A stretch of DNA of 64,000 nt from an uncultured Bacteroidia bacterium (GCA_965284645.1 OZ260106.1:144265-208264); one strand, 5' to 3'; counted from the stretch's first letter, positions 1 through 10,990 are shown. The notes: a model not told the origin generated them from the sequence alone. Program-made: numbers and translations.

Positions 1-2420
1 GGAGCAGTAACCGTTTGAGTATTTCCAGTAAAAGATCCGCCGTCCGACCATGAATAAGAAGTATAACCAGCACCGGCATCAAGCGTAGTTCCGCCTGTAC
101 AATACGTTAGTGTGCCTGAAATAACAGGTGTAATACCAGGAAGCAAGGTTACAGTTATGGTATCGATACCTATGCAACCTCCAGCAATATCAACTCTTGC
201 AGCATAAATTCCAGCAGCTGTTGCCGTATAGGTTTGGTTTGTTTCACCAGGAATAATGCTAATACCACCATTGATGGTTGCCCATACATAGGTTAAATAA
301 CCAGCACCAGCATCCAAAACAGTAGAGCCACCAGGACAAATAGCAGTTGTACCTGTAATTGTAATTGGAACAGTATCATTTTCAATCACCGCTACCAAGG
401 TTGAACCAACACAACCATTCGCATCCGTAACGGTTACAGCATAGGTTCCGGCACCAAGCGTAGCCGTTTGAGTAGTGCTATATGGAGGAACCGGAATTGG
501 CAAGGCGTCTGTCCAGCCATACGAAGTATAACCTGGGCCTGCATCTAAAACAGTTGTTTGACCAGGACAAACCGTTAGGTTTCCGGTTACGGTAACGTTT
601 ACCACTGTTTCAGTAACTGTAATTGAACCAGTACCAGAGCAACCAGTAGCGTCAATAACGTTAACAGTATAAGTACCGCCTGGTACTGAAACCGTTTGGT
701 TGGCATCTGTAAAGCCATTTGGACCTGTCCAAGCATAAGTTGTATAACCTGCACCAGCATCTAAAGCTGCGGTTGCACCTTGACAGATTGTGGTTGGACC
801 AGTAATATTCACTGTAACACTACCACTCACTACAGTAGCTGTTGTTGTGCCTTGACAACCGCTTGCATCAGTAACTGTTAAGGTGTAGGTACCAGCCACT
901 GTAACAGATACTGTTTGTGTATTGCCAGAGAAACCATTTGGTCCAGACCAAGCATAGGTTGTAAAACCTACTCCCCCATCTAATGTGGTAGAACTGCCAT
1001 TACAAACGTTTAAATTTCCTGTAATTGTAGGGGTTGGGGCAGCATTAGTTGTAACAGTTGCAGAGGCTGTTCCTGTGCATCCGCTGCTATTTGTTACTGC
1101 AACTGTGTATAAACCTGCATTGGATACAGTAACAGATTGAGTTGTTGCGGTAAATCCAGATGGTCCAGTCCAAGCATAGGATGAAAAACCAGCACCAGCT
1201 GAAAGCGTAGTGGTAGCACCAGAACAAATGGTAGTGGTACCTGTTACAGTAGTAGAAGCAGAAACAGGGGCAGTATAAGTTACTTGAGCATTACAAGCCG
1301 AAGATCCTGAGAATACCGCGTTCACAGTATGCGATGCACCATCTGCAGTTATGCCAGTAATCGTATAGTTATAAGGAGAGGTAAATGGGGCGTTTATAAC
1401 CGTTTGATTAACGCCATCTGAGAAAGTTAGTGTACCAGTTGAAGGAGGATCTGTAAAGGTAAGCGTACCCGTCACATTGTAGGTATTAGTTCCAGCAGTA
1501 CAAGATGCGGCGGAACCAGTAAATGCTGAAATGTTACACAAAGCATTACAAGTTGTGCTACCTGTGCTGCTTGGGTTTTGGCTAAAGGTAATATTTGTTG
1601 CCCCTCCATTGAAGTTAGTAATTAAAATTAGGTAATACTCGCCAGCTTGAGCATTTGGAATGGTTAAAGAAAAAGTTGAACTAATCGCATAATCACAAGC
1701 AATTGGAGCGAGGCCAGAAAGGCTGGCACATCCAGTGGAAGGATCCGAAAATGGCCCCCAAATAGCACCATCAACATCAATTCCACTTGAATTACTTTGG
1801 TCAATGGTAATACTGCCACTTGTACCAACTTGGAAATAATACCAAGCTGGATTAGGCCTAGTAGACAAACATCCATAGTTCGGCCCTGTTTCTGCAGTTC
1901 CACCTGATGTTCCTGCAGGAAAGGTAATAGCACTGCTTAAACAAGCTCCGCCCGCTCCAGCACAAGTAGTTGATGGCCCAGGAGGCACCACAATGGTTCC
2001 GCAACCAATGGTAGCAGAAAAACCAGCATTTTGCACCGACCCATCAGACGTAAATCTAAAAGTCAAACAACCAGAAGTAGATGTAACAGTCCCAGGTGAT
2101 GTTGTTCCAGTATATTGGCCAACCAAAGTTGAACCAGTTGTTGGACCATCGTATATATAAAGAAAATCGTAAGTATTCTCCAAATTAAATGCATTGAAAA
2201 TTGCATATAATGGAGTGGCACTTCCATCTCCGCAAATTGTAGTTGTGAAATCTTGATTGCTTCCATAGGCAGAACCTGACCCTCCACTATCAAAAAAGTT
2301 TGCAGAACAAGTATTGACAGTCCCTCCCTGACTAATTAAAACAGTTTGCTGAGCCCTAATAGGGTTGTATAAGAAAAATAATCCTGCTAAAACTAAGATG
2401 GCAGTATAAAATTTATTCAT
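1..2420 (-). CDS. Large secreted adhesin-like surface protein, N-terminal part only (gene runs off the left edge)
   Basis: Absent from the ORF track because no stop lies in the window. My translation from the ATG at 2420 gives MNKFYTAILVLAGLFFLYNPIRAQQTVLISQGGTVNTCSANFFDSGGSGSAYGSNQDFTTTICGDG... This is a signal peptide followed by a CUB-like Cys-framed motif (YDFLYIYDG...FRFTSDGSVQNAGF). Many Ig-like units of the type ICxGxxxxLxAGxGxxxYxWxGPxGF...YTVxVTDxxGC follow. The frame is still open at base 3 (..TGNTQTVTA). Confidence 0.8.
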   Translation of the reverse strand, partial: MNKFYTAILVLAGLFFLYNPIRAQQTVLISQGGTVNTCSANFFDSGGSGSAYGSNQDFTTTICGDGSATPLYAIFNAFNLENTYDFLYIYDGPTTGSTLVGQYTGTTSPGTVTSTSGCLTFRFTSDGSVQNAGFSATIGCGTIVVPPGPSTTCAGAGGACLSSAITFPAGTSGGTAETGPNYGCLSTRPNPAWYYFQVGTSGSITIDQSNSSGIDVDGAIWGPFSDPSTGCASLSGLAPIACDYAISSTFSLTIPNAQAGEYYLILITNFNGGATNITFSQNPSSTGSTTCNALCNISAFTGSAASCTAGTNTYNVTGTLTFTDPPSTGTLTFSDGVNQTVINAPFTSPYNYTITGITADGASHTVNAVFSGSSACNAQVTYTAPVSASTTVTGTTTICSGATTTLSAGAGFSSYAWTGPSGFTATTQSVTVSNAGLYTVAVTNSSGCTGTASATVTTNAAPTPTITGNLNVCNGSSTTLDGGVGFTTYAWSGPNGFSGNTQTVSVTVAGTYTLTVTDASGCQGTTTATVVSGSVTVNITGPTTICQGATAALDAGAGYTTYAWTGPNGFTDANQTVSVPGGTYTVNVIDATGCSGTGSITVTETVVNVTVTGNLTVCPGQTTVLDAGPGYTSYGWTDALPIPVPPYSTTQTATLGAGTYAVTVTDANGCVGSTLVAVIENDTVPITITGTTAICPGGSTVLDAGAGYLTYVWATINGGISIIPGETNQTYTATAAGIYAARVDIAGGCIGIDTITVTLLPGITPVISGTLTYCTGGTTLDAGAGYTSYSWSDGGSFTGNTQTVTA

Positions 2421-2440
2421 TTTTTTAGGTATGGGGATAA

Positions 2441-2803
2441 TTAATTCAATTCTACTATAGTTGGCCTTTGAGTTTCCGTATCGTATTTCATAATAAGATT
2501 TGGCAAACCAGGTGTCCATAATTTATTAGTTGGAGATGGCTTGCGCTGATACCTTTCTCTCAATTCATTAGCCGAATAAAGCTCAATAATAGTTCCATCA
2601 TACACTTCAATCTTCCGTCTTTGATCCAACAATCGGAAGCGCTCTAAATCAACCACTTGCATCATTTTTAAGGTATGATCCTTACTTTCTGAACTTGCTT
2701 CTTTAATAAACTCGAAATGAGTCTTTGGACTAGCATTTTGGGCTAAAACTGATTTCATCCCAACAATAACTAATAAGAATAGAACCGATACTAATTTTTT
2801 CAT
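2441..2803 (-). CDS. Small secreted hypothetical protein
   Basis: 120-aa ORF with a clear signal peptide, MKKLVSVLFLLVIVGMKSVLAQ. No recognisable domain. Confidence 0.6.
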   Translation of the reverse strand: MKKLVSVLFLLVIVGMKSVLAQNASPKTHFEFIKEASSESKDHTLKMMQVVDLERFRLLDQRRKIEVYDGTIIELYSANELRERYQRKPSPTNKLWTPGLPNLIMKYDTETQRPTIVELN

Positions 2804-2976
2804 TGAATCGTAAAAATTTTAATCCGCAAACATATTTAAAAAAATCCAAATACCAATAGCTAGGTAATTATTTAGGTTGCCAACAACTTATTTTGAATCT
2901 CCCACCTTGGCAACGGCTGATTTAACAGGTAACTCAGCCATTTCTTACCCCATAAATTCAAAAAGTTTTTAACAAA

Positions 2977-3001
2977 GTGGCAGAAAGTGGGAAAATGTGG
3001 G
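2977..3001 (+). promoter_or_regulatory. Putative MraZ operator: three direct GTGG(C/G) repeats at exact 10-bp spacing
   Basis: aaaGTGGCagaaaGTGGGaaaatGTGGGaa, with repeat starts at 2977, 2987 and 2997. It lies 37-61 nt upstream of the mraZ ATG. This matches the direct-repeat architecture known for MraZ autoregulatory sites. Confidence 0.6.
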
Positions 3002-3037
3002 AATTTCCTCCTTACTTTTACCAACTGAAATTTTTTC

Positions 3038-3520
3038 ATGGCCATTTTAACCGGAGAATTTGATTGCACAATGGACGCTAAAGGCAGACTGGCTCTACCT
3101 TCTGGCCTGTTGAAGCAATTGCCGGAAAATACCCGTGGAAAGTTTGTGGTAAACCGTAGCGTGTTTAAACGTTGCTTGGTTTTGTACCCAATTGATGCCT
3201 GGGAAAAAATTGTCTCTGACATCAATGGGCTAAACCGATTCAACAGAAAACACGACGATTTCATCAGACAATACAGCAATGGCGCCACTACCTTGGAAGT
3301 TGACGCGAGCAACAGGGTGCTTCTACCAAAACGCTTGGCGGCCTATGCTGGAATTGAAAAAGATGTAGTGCTAGCTGCCCATGTCGATAACAAAGTCGAA
3401 ATCTGGAGCGAAAAAGCCTACAACGAACTGATGAACAGTTATGACCCCGATGCTTTTGGAAACCTAGCCGAAGAAGTGCTGGGTGGAGGAAAGCCACAAG
3501 CTGAGGACAATGTATCATAA
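3038..3520 (+). CDS. mraZ: Transcriptional regulator MraZ
   Basis: 160 aa with two SpoVT/AbrB-like halves carrying DAKGRLALP and DASNRVLLP. First gene of the dcw cluster. Confidence 0.95.
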   Translation: MAILTGEFDCTMDAKGRLALPSGLLKQLPENTRGKFVVNRSVFKRCLVLYPIDAWEKIVSDINGLNRFNRKHDDFIRQYSNGATTLEVDASNRVLLPKRLAAYAGIEKDVVLAAHVDNKVEIWSEKAYNELMNSYDPDAFGNLAEEVLGGGKPQAEDNVS

Positions 3521-4409
3521 CCCCGTTCTTTTACAAGCGTGCTTGGATGGTTTAAACATCCAGCCCAACGGAACGTATGTGGATGTAACCTTTGGTGGAG
3601 GTGGACATTCGAATGCTATTCTAGAAAAACTAGGCCCAAATGGTCGATTGATAGCCTTTGACCAAGATGCAGATGCTTTAAAGAATGACTTGAATGATGC
3701 TCGGTTTCAATTGGTCCACAGCAACTTTCAATTTATTTCCAATCATTTGGAATACCTGAAAGCACTACCCATTGATGGATTGCTAGCCGACCTTGGTGTA
3801 TCATCCCATCAATTCGACCAAGCCGACAGAGGTTTCTCCATTCGAATGGATGGCCCTTTGGATATGCGAATGGACCAATCTTCCCAACATTCGGCATTTG
3901 AATTTATCAATAGAGCGGATAAAGAAGAACTCATCCAGACTTTTAGAGAATTCGGTGAGGTTTATAATGCTCCCAAAGTAGCAGGTATCATTATTTCTCA
4001 TAGGTCGAATAGCAAAATCCATTCAACCCTTGAATTAACAGGACTGCTCGAAGGATTGGTACACCCAAAAGAACGAAACAAGTTCTTGGCCCAGCTTTTC
4101 CAAGCCATTCGAATTAAGGTAAATGGGGAAATGGAGGTATTAAAAACCCTACTTGACCAATCTACCGCTGTACTAAAACCAAAAGGCAGATTGGTTGTCA
4201 TTTCCTACCACAGCCTAGAAGATCGAATGGTAAAAAACTTCATCAAAACTGGCAATACAGAAGGAAAGGAAGAAAAAGACCTCTACGGCAATAGCAAATC
4301 GGTCTTCTCCATCTTAACCAACAAGCCCATCGTTCCGGGAACTGACGAATTAGAAACAAACAATAGATCTAGAAGTGCAAAACTGCGAATAGCAGAAATG
4401 AAAGGATAA
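3510..4409 (+). CDS. rsmH: 16S rRNA (cytosine1402-N4)-methyltransferase RsmH
   Basis: MYHNPVLL start, SAM motif FGGGGHS, and DLGVSSHQFD. The ATG at 3510 is preferred over the ORF-track start at 3483, which would overlap mraZ by 38 nt. Confidence 0.93.
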   Translation: MYHNPVLLQACLDGLNIQPNGTYVDVTFGGGGHSNAILEKLGPNGRLIAFDQDADALKNDLNDARFQLVHSNFQFISNHLEYLKALPIDGLLADLGVSSHQFDQADRGFSIRMDGPLDMRMDQSSQHSAFEFINRADKEELIQTFREFGEVYNAPKVAGIIISHRSNSKIHSTLELTGLLEGLVHPKERNKFLAQLFQAIRIKVNGEMEVLKTLLDQSTAVLKPKGRLVVISYHSLEDRMVKNFIKTGNTEGKEEKDLYGNSKSVFSILTNKPIVPGTDELETNNRSRSAKLRIAEMKG

Positions 4410-4413
4410 ACAA

Positions 4414-4740
4414 ATGAGCAAAAGCAAATTTTCAAAAACCCTGCTCAGTATCATGGATGGCAGTTTTTTGACTACGGAAAATGTAGTCAGAAATCTTCCA
4501 TATATACTCTTTTTCATGGGGATTGGCATCATGTACATCGCCAATAGCTACTACGCCGAAAAAACCATCATTCAAATCAATAAAACCGGAAACGACTTAA
4601 AAGAACTCCGAAGCGAATACATCACCGGAAAAAGTGAATTGATGAAAAGAAGCAAACAAAGTGAAGTTGCCACCCTTGCTATACAAAGCAACCTGAAAGA
4701 AAGCGTGGAACCACCTAAAAAAATAGTAATTAATAAATAA
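4414..4740 (+). CDS. ftsL: FtsL-like cell division membrane protein
   Basis: 108 aa with a single TM (LPYILFFMGIGIMYIANSYY) followed by a coiled-coil. It sits at the canonical position between rsmH and ftsI. Confidence 0.7.
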   Translation: MSKSKFSKTLLSIMDGSFLTTENVVRNLPYILFFMGIGIMYIANSYYAEKTIIQINKTGNDLKELRSEYITGKSELMKRSKQSEVATLAIQSNLKESVEPPKKIVINK

Positions 4741-4742
4741 TA

Positions 4743-6884
4743 GTGGAAGCAAAGAACGACATCTTATGGAGGGTTTACCTCACAGGAGCAGGATTGTTCT
4801 TGTTCGGCTTTGCTATTATTGGCCGGGTTGCCCACCTACAATTCGCTCAAGGTGATTACTGGAAGGCCAAATCAAAAAAACTATCTACCCGCAAGGAAGT
4901 AATCATCGCGGAAAGAGGCAATATCTTTTCAGCAGATGGAAATCTATTGGCCACTTCTTATCCTATCTATGAATTGAGGTTTGATGCAGCTACCGGTTCG
5001 GTGGATAAAGAATACTTCGATGAAAAAATTGACAGCCTTGCACTCGGTTTGGCCAATGTGTTTGGTGAAAAAACTCAGAAACAATACAAACAGGAACTGC
5101 TGCGTGCCCGAAAAAGAAAAGACCATTATTTCTTACTAAAAAGAAATGTGACCTATGGCCAACTTAAAAAGGTAAAAGCATTACCCATTCTAAACCTTGG
5201 AAAAAACAAAGGAGGTTTAATCGCGCTTCAAAAAAGCCGAAGAGAAAAACCATATGGAATACTGGCATCCCGAACCGTTGGCTATTCATTAAAAGGTAAA
5301 AAGAATGTAGCTGTTGGTTTGGAAGGCTACTACGACAGTTTGTTGTGTGGGAAGAATGGGTCCAGATTGATGCGAAAAATCGCCAAGGGAGTTTGGAAAC
5401 CACTTCACTCTGAAAACGAAGTGGAACCTTTGGATGGCCATGATGTGGTTTCAACCATTGATGTAAATATCCAAGATGTGGCTGAAAATGCCCTGATGAA
5501 GCAAATGGTGCTGCATAAATGCGACTACGGTTGCGCCATTCTGATGGAAGTGGCTACTGGTGAAATCAAAGCGATTGCCAACCTAAAAGCAGATGAAAAA
5601 GAAGAAGGTGTTTACCGTGAGGCAGAAAATATCGCCGTAGGAAAAGCAACAGATCCTGGTTCTACCTTTAAACTGCTCTCGGCCATGGCTTTGCTGGAGG
5701 AAGGTGTAAAACCAACCGATTCCTTCAATACCTCAGGTGGCACTCTAACCTTTTGTAAGGATGTAACTATCCATGATAGCCACGAAGGTGGATATGGCAC
5801 TATCTCGCTCCAAAGGGCTTTTGAAGTGTCAAGCAATGTGGCCTTCTCGGGCATGATAACCAAGTATTTTGGCAAAGGAACTGCCCGCGGACCGCAAGCC
5901 TTTATCAAACATATCTACAACACCGGCATTCACCAAAAATTAGGAATCGATATCCCAGGGGAAGCCAATCCTTACATCAAAAACACAGAAGACAAATCCT
6001 GGAGCTGCCCAACCTTGCCTGAAATGAGCATTGGATATGAGGTATTGATTACACCACTCCAAACCCTAACGCTATACAATGCCATTGCCAACAACGGTGT
6101 GATGGTAAAACCTCATTTCGTGAAACGGATATTAAACAAAGGTGGAGTGGTGAAGGAAACAAAACCTGAAATTCTAAACCATCAAGTTTGCAGTCCTGCT
6201 ACAGTTAATGCCTTACGCAAAATGATGGAAGGGGTAGTTCAAAGTAAAGGCGGAACAGCCAGTAATTTAAAAGGACTTAGCTACACCATTGCCGGTAAAA
6301 CAGGTACAGCAGTGGTTGCCAATGATGACAAAGGATACAAAGGGGAAAACGGCAAAATTTATCGAGCCAGCTTCGTTGGGTATTTCCCGGCCGACAAGCC
6401 TTTGTATTCCTGCATTGTGCTTATAAACAATCCAAAAGGGGCAGCTTATTATGGTAACGTAATCGCTGGACCGGTTTTCAAAGAAATTGCAGATAAGGTA
6501 TACTCTACTTCCATTAAGCTTCACAAGGAATTGGAGAAGGATAGCCTGTTTGCTGAACAAGGATTACCTCCAATCAAAACTACTTACTCGTCCACTGCAA
6601 ATACCCTGACAAACAAAACAAATATTCCGGTTCGTAACCAAATGGAACCTAACCTTTTGGCCGAAACAAGCTCCACCCAAAAGGTATTGAATCTGAAGCC
6701 TCGCCCAGTAAAGGAAGCACAAATTCCAGATGTAAGCGGAATGGGTATTAAAGACGCTCTGTATATCCTAGAAAACCTAGGGCTACAGGTGGAAACAAAA
6801 GGATTTGGAAAGGTTAGTTCACAAAGTCTTCCTGCTGGCTCTAAACTGATAAAAGGACAAAAAATAACGCTGAATTTCTCATAA
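4743..6884 (+). CDS. ftsI: Penicillin-binding protein (FtsI/PBP3-type transpeptidase) with a C-terminal PASTA domain
   Basis: SxxK (GSTFK), SxN (SSN) and KTG (GKTGTA) motifs, plus a PASTA-like tail IPDVSGMGIKDALYILENLGLQV. GTG start at 4743. Confidence 0.9.
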   Translation: MEAKNDILWRVYLTGAGLFLFGFAIIGRVAHLQFAQGDYWKAKSKKLSTRKEVIIAERGNIFSADGNLLATSYPIYELRFDAATGSVDKEYFDEKIDSLALGLANVFGEKTQKQYKQELLRARKRKDHYFLLKRNVTYGQLKKVKALPILNLGKNKGGLIALQKSRREKPYGILASRTVGYSLKGKKNVAVGLEGYYDSLLCGKNGSRLMRKIAKGVWKPLHSENEVEPLDGHDVVSTIDVNIQDVAENALMKQMVLHKCDYGCAILMEVATGEIKAIANLKADEKEEGVYREAENIAVGKATDPGSTFKLLSAMALLEEGVKPTDSFNTSGGTLTFCKDVTIHDSHEGGYGTISLQRAFEVSSNVAFSGMITKYFGKGTARGPQAFIKHIYNTGIHQKLGIDIPGEANPYIKNTEDKSWSCPTLPEMSIGYEVLITPLQTLTLYNAIANNGVMVKPHFVKRILNKGGVVKETKPEILNHQVCSPATVNALRKMMEGVVQSKGGTASNLKGLSYTIAGKTGTAVVANDDKGYKGENGKIYRASFVGYFPADKPLYSCIVLINNPKGAAYYGNVIAGPVFKEIADKVYSTSIKLHKELEKDSLFAEQGLPPIKTTYSSTANTLTNKTNIPVRNQMEPNLLAETSSTQKVLNLKPRPVKEAQIPDVSGMGIKDALYILENLGLQVETKGFGKVSSQSLPAGSKLIKGQKITLNFS

Positions 6885-6886
6885 GC

Positions 6887-8347
6887 ATGAAACTGCTATC
6901 TGACATACTCTATAAAGCCGGACTGGTAGATGTGGTGGGAACAACACACCTAGCAGTTACTTCGATTTGCTTCGATAGCCGTGCTGTGGAAAAGTTCAGC
7001 CTTTTCATTGCAGTTAAGGGAACAACCAGTGATGGCCATCAATTTATTGCTGGGGCAGTAGAAAAAGGAGCCATTGCCATTGTTTGCGAAGAATTACCTG
7101 CCGAATTTAAAGAAGGGGTGACCTACGTAAAAGTGAAAAATAGCGCTCAGGCTTTAGGCATCATTGCTTCTAACTTTTACGATTGTCCTTCAGCCAAACT
7201 GAAATTGGTGGGTGTAACCGGAACAAACGGGAAAACAACTACCGTAACAGTCCTTTACAACCTGTTTACCCAATTGGGCTTTAAATGTGGCTTGATCTCT
7301 ACGGTCAAATATATGGTGGGGAAAACAGAAATGCACTCTACCCACACCACTCCCGATGCACTTAAACTCAATGAATTGATGCAACTGATGGTAGATGAAG
7401 GTTGCCAGTTCTGCTTCATGGAAGTGAGCTCCCATGCCGTGGTGCAATACCGCATTTCTGGATTGGAATTTACAGGTGGAATATTCTCTAACCTAACACA
7501 CGACCACCTCGATTACCATGGCACTTTCGAAAACTACCGAAATGCCAAACAAGAGTTCTTTAATGGGTTAGGTGAAAATGCCTTTGCATTGGTTAATAAA
7601 GACGACAAAAATGGTTTGTTCATGATGCAAAACACCAAGGCAAACCGCAAAACTTACGCCTTACAATCCATGGCCGACTTTCGCTGCAAAGTGATTGAAA
7701 ACCATATCAGCGGACTGGTTTTGAATATGGACAATACGGAAATCCACACCCGATTAGTGGGTGGTTTCAATGCCTACAACCTCACCGCCGCCTATGCTAC
7801 AGCCATGTTGCTCGGTATTGAAAAAATGCATGCTTTGACAGCACTCAGTCTGGTTGAACCACCACCCGGACGCTTTCAAACCATTAAATCTACTACCGGC
7901 ATTACAGCCATTGTGGATTATGCCCATACCCCTGATGCCTTAGAAAATGTATTAAGTACCATCAATGAATTGCGTCAAGGTGGTGAAACCCTAATTACAG
8001 TCGTGGGCTGCGGAGGCAATAGAGATGCCGGCAAAAGACCCATTATGGCCAAAATCGCCGCCAACCAAAGCGATAAAGTCATTCTTACCTCTGACAATCC
8101 CAGAAATGAGGATCCGGAAGAAATCCTAAACCAAATGAAAAAAGGTTTGGAAGGTGAGAATGTTCGCAAAGCGATCACGATTTCCAATCGGCACGAAGCA
8201 ATACGTACCGCCGTGATGATGGCCCAACCAAAAGATATTATTCTGGTTGCCGGAAAGGGACATGAAAATTACCAAGAAATCAAAGGTGTGAAACACCCCT
8301 TCGACGACTGGATCGAATTGCAAAACGAATTCAAAAACCTGAAATAA
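6887..8347 (+). CDS. murE: UDP-N-acetylmuramoyl-L-alanyl-D-glutamate--2,6-diaminopimelate ligase
   Basis: GVTGTNGKTT P-loop and the DNPR motif (TSDNPRNEDP) typical of meso-DAP-adding MurE. Confidence 0.95.
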   Translation: MKLLSDILYKAGLVDVVGTTHLAVTSICFDSRAVEKFSLFIAVKGTTSDGHQFIAGAVEKGAIAIVCEELPAEFKEGVTYVKVKNSAQALGIIASNFYDCPSAKLKLVGVTGTNGKTTTVTVLYNLFTQLGFKCGLISTVKYMVGKTEMHSTHTTPDALKLNELMQLMVDEGCQFCFMEVSSHAVVQYRISGLEFTGGIFSNLTHDHLDYHGTFENYRNAKQEFFNGLGENAFALVNKDDKNGLFMMQNTKANRKTYALQSMADFRCKVIENHISGLVLNMDNTEIHTRLVGGFNAYNLTAAYATAMLLGIEKMHALTALSLVEPPPGRFQTIKSTTGITAIVDYAHTPDALENVLSTINELRQGGETLITVVGCGGNRDAGKRPIMAKIAANQSDKVILTSDNPRNEDPEEILNQMKKGLEGENVRKAITISNRHEAIRTAVMMAQPKDIILVAGKGHENYQEIKGVKHPFDDWIELQNEFKNLK

Positions 8348-8362
8348 ACCCAATCTAACCCA

Positions 8363-9625
8363 ATGCTCTACTACTTATTCGACTTCTTGGACAAAGCGTA
8401 CGACCTCCCTGGGGCCGGTGTGTTCAAATACATCTCGTTCAGAGCGGCTTTGGCCTTGTTGAGTTCCTTGCTTATTACCATGATCTGGGGTAAAGACCTA
8501 ATCCGTTTTCTCCGTGTGAAACAAATCGGAGAAACAGTAAGGGATTTGGGATTGGAGGGTCAAATGCAAAAACAAGGCACCCCAACCATGGGCGGACTTA
8601 TCATCCTTACCTCTATCCTTATTCCTACCCTTTTGTTTGCCAAGCTCGGCAATGTTTATATCGTACTCATGCTAGCCTCAACAGTATGGTTAGGGCTAAT
8701 TGGCTTCATGGACGACTATATCAAAGTATTTAAAAAGGATAAAGAAGGTTTGCCCGGCCGTCTAAAAATCGTAGGTCAAGTTGGTATTGGATTAATCGTT
8801 GGCATTACCCTTTATTTCAACAAACATGTAGTAATCAAGGAAAAATTAGTCCACGGCTCGGAAACCATCACCGCACAAGAACTGGCAAAAAACCCAAATC
8901 AAACGGCCTTCTTCAAAGAATCTGTATATGCCAAAGAAAATTCCAAATCCTTAAAAACAACCATTCCCTTCTTTAAACATAACGAATTCGACTATGCCAC
9001 CCTTATTACTTGGATTAGCGAAGACCTTAGGGATTATGCTTGGTTAATTTTCATACCAATTGTGATTTTCATTGTAACTGCAGTTTCAAATGGAGCCAAC
9101 ATCACCGATGGCTTGGATGGACTGGCAACAGGCACCTCCGCTATTATAGGTGCCACCTTGGGCATTTTAGCCTATGTAAGCGGTAATACCGTATTCGCCG
9201 ACTACCTCAACATCATGTATATACCAAGCACAGGTGAACTTGTAGTGTTTATGTCGGCCTTTGTTGGAGCCTGTGTAGGATTTCTTTGGTACAATTCATT
9301 TCCAGCCTACGTGTTCATGGGCGATACCGGAAGTTTGGCCCTAGGTGGCATTATTGCCGTATTCGCCATTGCCATTCGCAAAGAACTATTGATTCCAGTA
9401 TTGTGCGGCATCTTCCTTGTTGAAAATCTCAGTGTAATGATGCAGGTAAGCTACTTCAAATACACCAAAAAGAAATATGGGGAAGGAAGGAGAATTTTCA
9501 AAATGTCGCCCTTGCACCACCATTACCAAAAAATGGGGTATCACGAAAGTAAAATCGTAACCCGCTTCTGGATTGTAGGCGTGATGTTGGCTGTATTAAC
9601 CATCGTAACCTTGAAATTAAGATAG
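8363..9625 (+). CDS. mraY: Phospho-N-acetylmuramoyl-pentapeptide transferase
   Basis: Polytopic membrane protein with the [11 protein letters not shown] and SPLHHHY motifs. Confidence 0.95.
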   Translation: MLYYLFDFLDKAYDLPGAGVFKYISFRAALALLSSLLITMIWGKDLIRFLRVKQIGETVRDLGLEGQMQKQGTPTMGGLIILTSILIPTLLFAKLGNVYIVLMLASTVWLGLIGFMDDYIKVFKKDKEGLPGRLKIVGQVGIGLIVGITLYFNKHVVIKEKLVHGSETITAQELAKNPNQTAFFKESVYAKENSKSLKTTIPFFKHNEFDYATLITWISEDLRDYAWLIFIPIVIFIVTAVSNGANITDGLDGLATGTSAIIGATLGILAYVSGNTVFADYLNIMYIPSTGELVVFMSAFVGACVGFLWYNSFPAYVFMGDTGSLALGGIIAVFAIAIRKELLIPVLCGIFLVENLSVMMQVSYFKYTKKKYGEGRRIFKMSPLHHHYQKMGYHESKIVTRFWIVGVMLAVLTIVTLKLR

Positions 9626-9626
9626 G

Positions 9627-10970
9627 ATGTCGGACAAAAAATTCATAGCGATTTTGGGTGCCGGCGAAAGCGGATGCGGGGCGGCCTTATTGGCCAAACA
9701 GCAAGGTTATGAGGTATTTGTTTCGGACAAAGGAGCCATAAAAGACAAATACAAAGCTTTCTTACAGGAACACCAGCTGCCTTTCGAAGAAAACCAACAT
9801 AGCGAAGAACGAATCCTGCAGGCCGATGAAATTATCAAATCGCCCGGCATACCTGAAAAGGCACCCTTAATCAAGAAGTTAAGGGAAAAAGGCACATTGA
9901 TAATCGACGAAATTGAATTTGCACTCCGCTACACCACGGCCAAAATCATAGGCATTACCGGAACAAACGGAAAAACTACCACCACCCTGCTTACCTACCA
10001 CATTTTGGAAAAGGCAGGCTTCAATGTGGGACTAGCTGGTAACGTAGGTAAAAGCCTGGCCTTGCAAGTTGCCACCGAAAAGAAGGAATTCTATGTGGTG
10101 GAACTGAGCAGCTTCCAATTGGATGGAATGATCAACAGTCGCATCCACATTGCCATTTTAACCAACATCACCCCCGACCACCTCGATCGGTACGAATACA
10201 AACTTGAGAATTATGTGCATTCCAAATTCAGGATTTTACAAAACCAAACCCAAGAAGATGCTTTCATCTACTGTGCCGACGACGAGATAACGGCCACAGC
10301 AATGAAATCCTTCGAAATCAAAGCACAGCTTTATCCCTTTACCATTAAAACCCAAGTGGAACAAGGCGCCTACCTCGAAAACAATCAAATCATCATAAAA
10401 ACCCCAAACTCAATTTTTACCATGTTTATAGAAGAATTAGCACTGCAAGGAAAACACAACACCTACAACTCAATGGCTGCCGGTATTGGCTCCAAATTGG
10501 TTGAAATCCGCAGCGAAAGTATCCGCCAAAGTATGAGCGATATGGAAAGCGTGGAGCACCGAATGGAACCCGTAGCCAAGGTTTTTGGTATTCAATTTAT
10601 TAACGACAGCAAGGCCACCAACGTCAACAGTACATGGTACGCTTTGGAAAGCATGCAAACCCCTACTGTTTGGATTGCAGGCGGACAAGACAAAGGAAAC
10701 GATTACAACGAACTTCGCGACCTCGTGAAAGCTAAAGTAAAAGCCATTGTTTGCCTTGGAAAAGACAATTCAAAAATCATCGAGGCCTTCAAAGACTTGG
10801 TGCCTAACATCGTTGAAACCGACAATGCTGACGATGCCGTGCGCTATTCCTACAAATTCGGCACGAAAGGCGATACTGTTTTATTATCACCTGCCTGTGC
10901 AAGTTTTGATTTGTTCGACAACTACGAAGACCGTGGAAAGCAGTTCAAAAGAGCTGTAAGAGCCTTGTAA
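9627..10970 (+). CDS. murD: UDP-N-acetylmuramoylalanine--D-glutamate ligase
   Basis: N-terminal ILGAGESG Rossmann motif and GITGTNGKTTT P-loop. Position directly after mraY. Confidence 0.95.
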   Translation: MSDKKFIAILGAGESGCGAALLAKQQGYEVFVSDKGAIKDKYKAFLQEHQLPFEENQHSEERILQADEIIKSPGIPEKAPLIKKLREKGTLIIDEIEFALRYTTAKIIGITGTNGKTTTTLLTYHILEKAGFNVGLAGNVGKSLALQVATEKKEFYVVELSSFQLDGMINSRIHIAILTNITPDHLDRYEYKLENYVHSKFRILQNQTQEDAFIYCADDEITATAMKSFEIKAQLYPFTIKTQVEQGAYLENNQIIIKTPNSIFTMFIEELALQGKHNTYNSMAAGIGSKLVEIRSESIRQSMSDMESVEHRMEPVAKVFGIQFINDSKATNVNSTWYALESMQTPTVWIAGGQDKGNDYNELRDLVKAKVKAIVCLGKDNSKIIEAFKDLVPNIVETDNADDAVRYSYKFGTKGDTVLLSPACASFDLFDNYEDRGKQFKRAVRAL

Positions 10971-10990
10971 TCAATCGTTTTAGTCTCATT

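Noticed and set aside
2872-3312. A 146-aa minus-strand ORF across the mraZ promoter and 5' end. Similar large antisense ORFs include 39428..40051, 37778..38386, 42079..42600, 54142..54624, 33365..33865 and 17743..18102.
   Set aside because: All are fully embedded antisense in genes with strong family motifs, and they lack signal or domain features.
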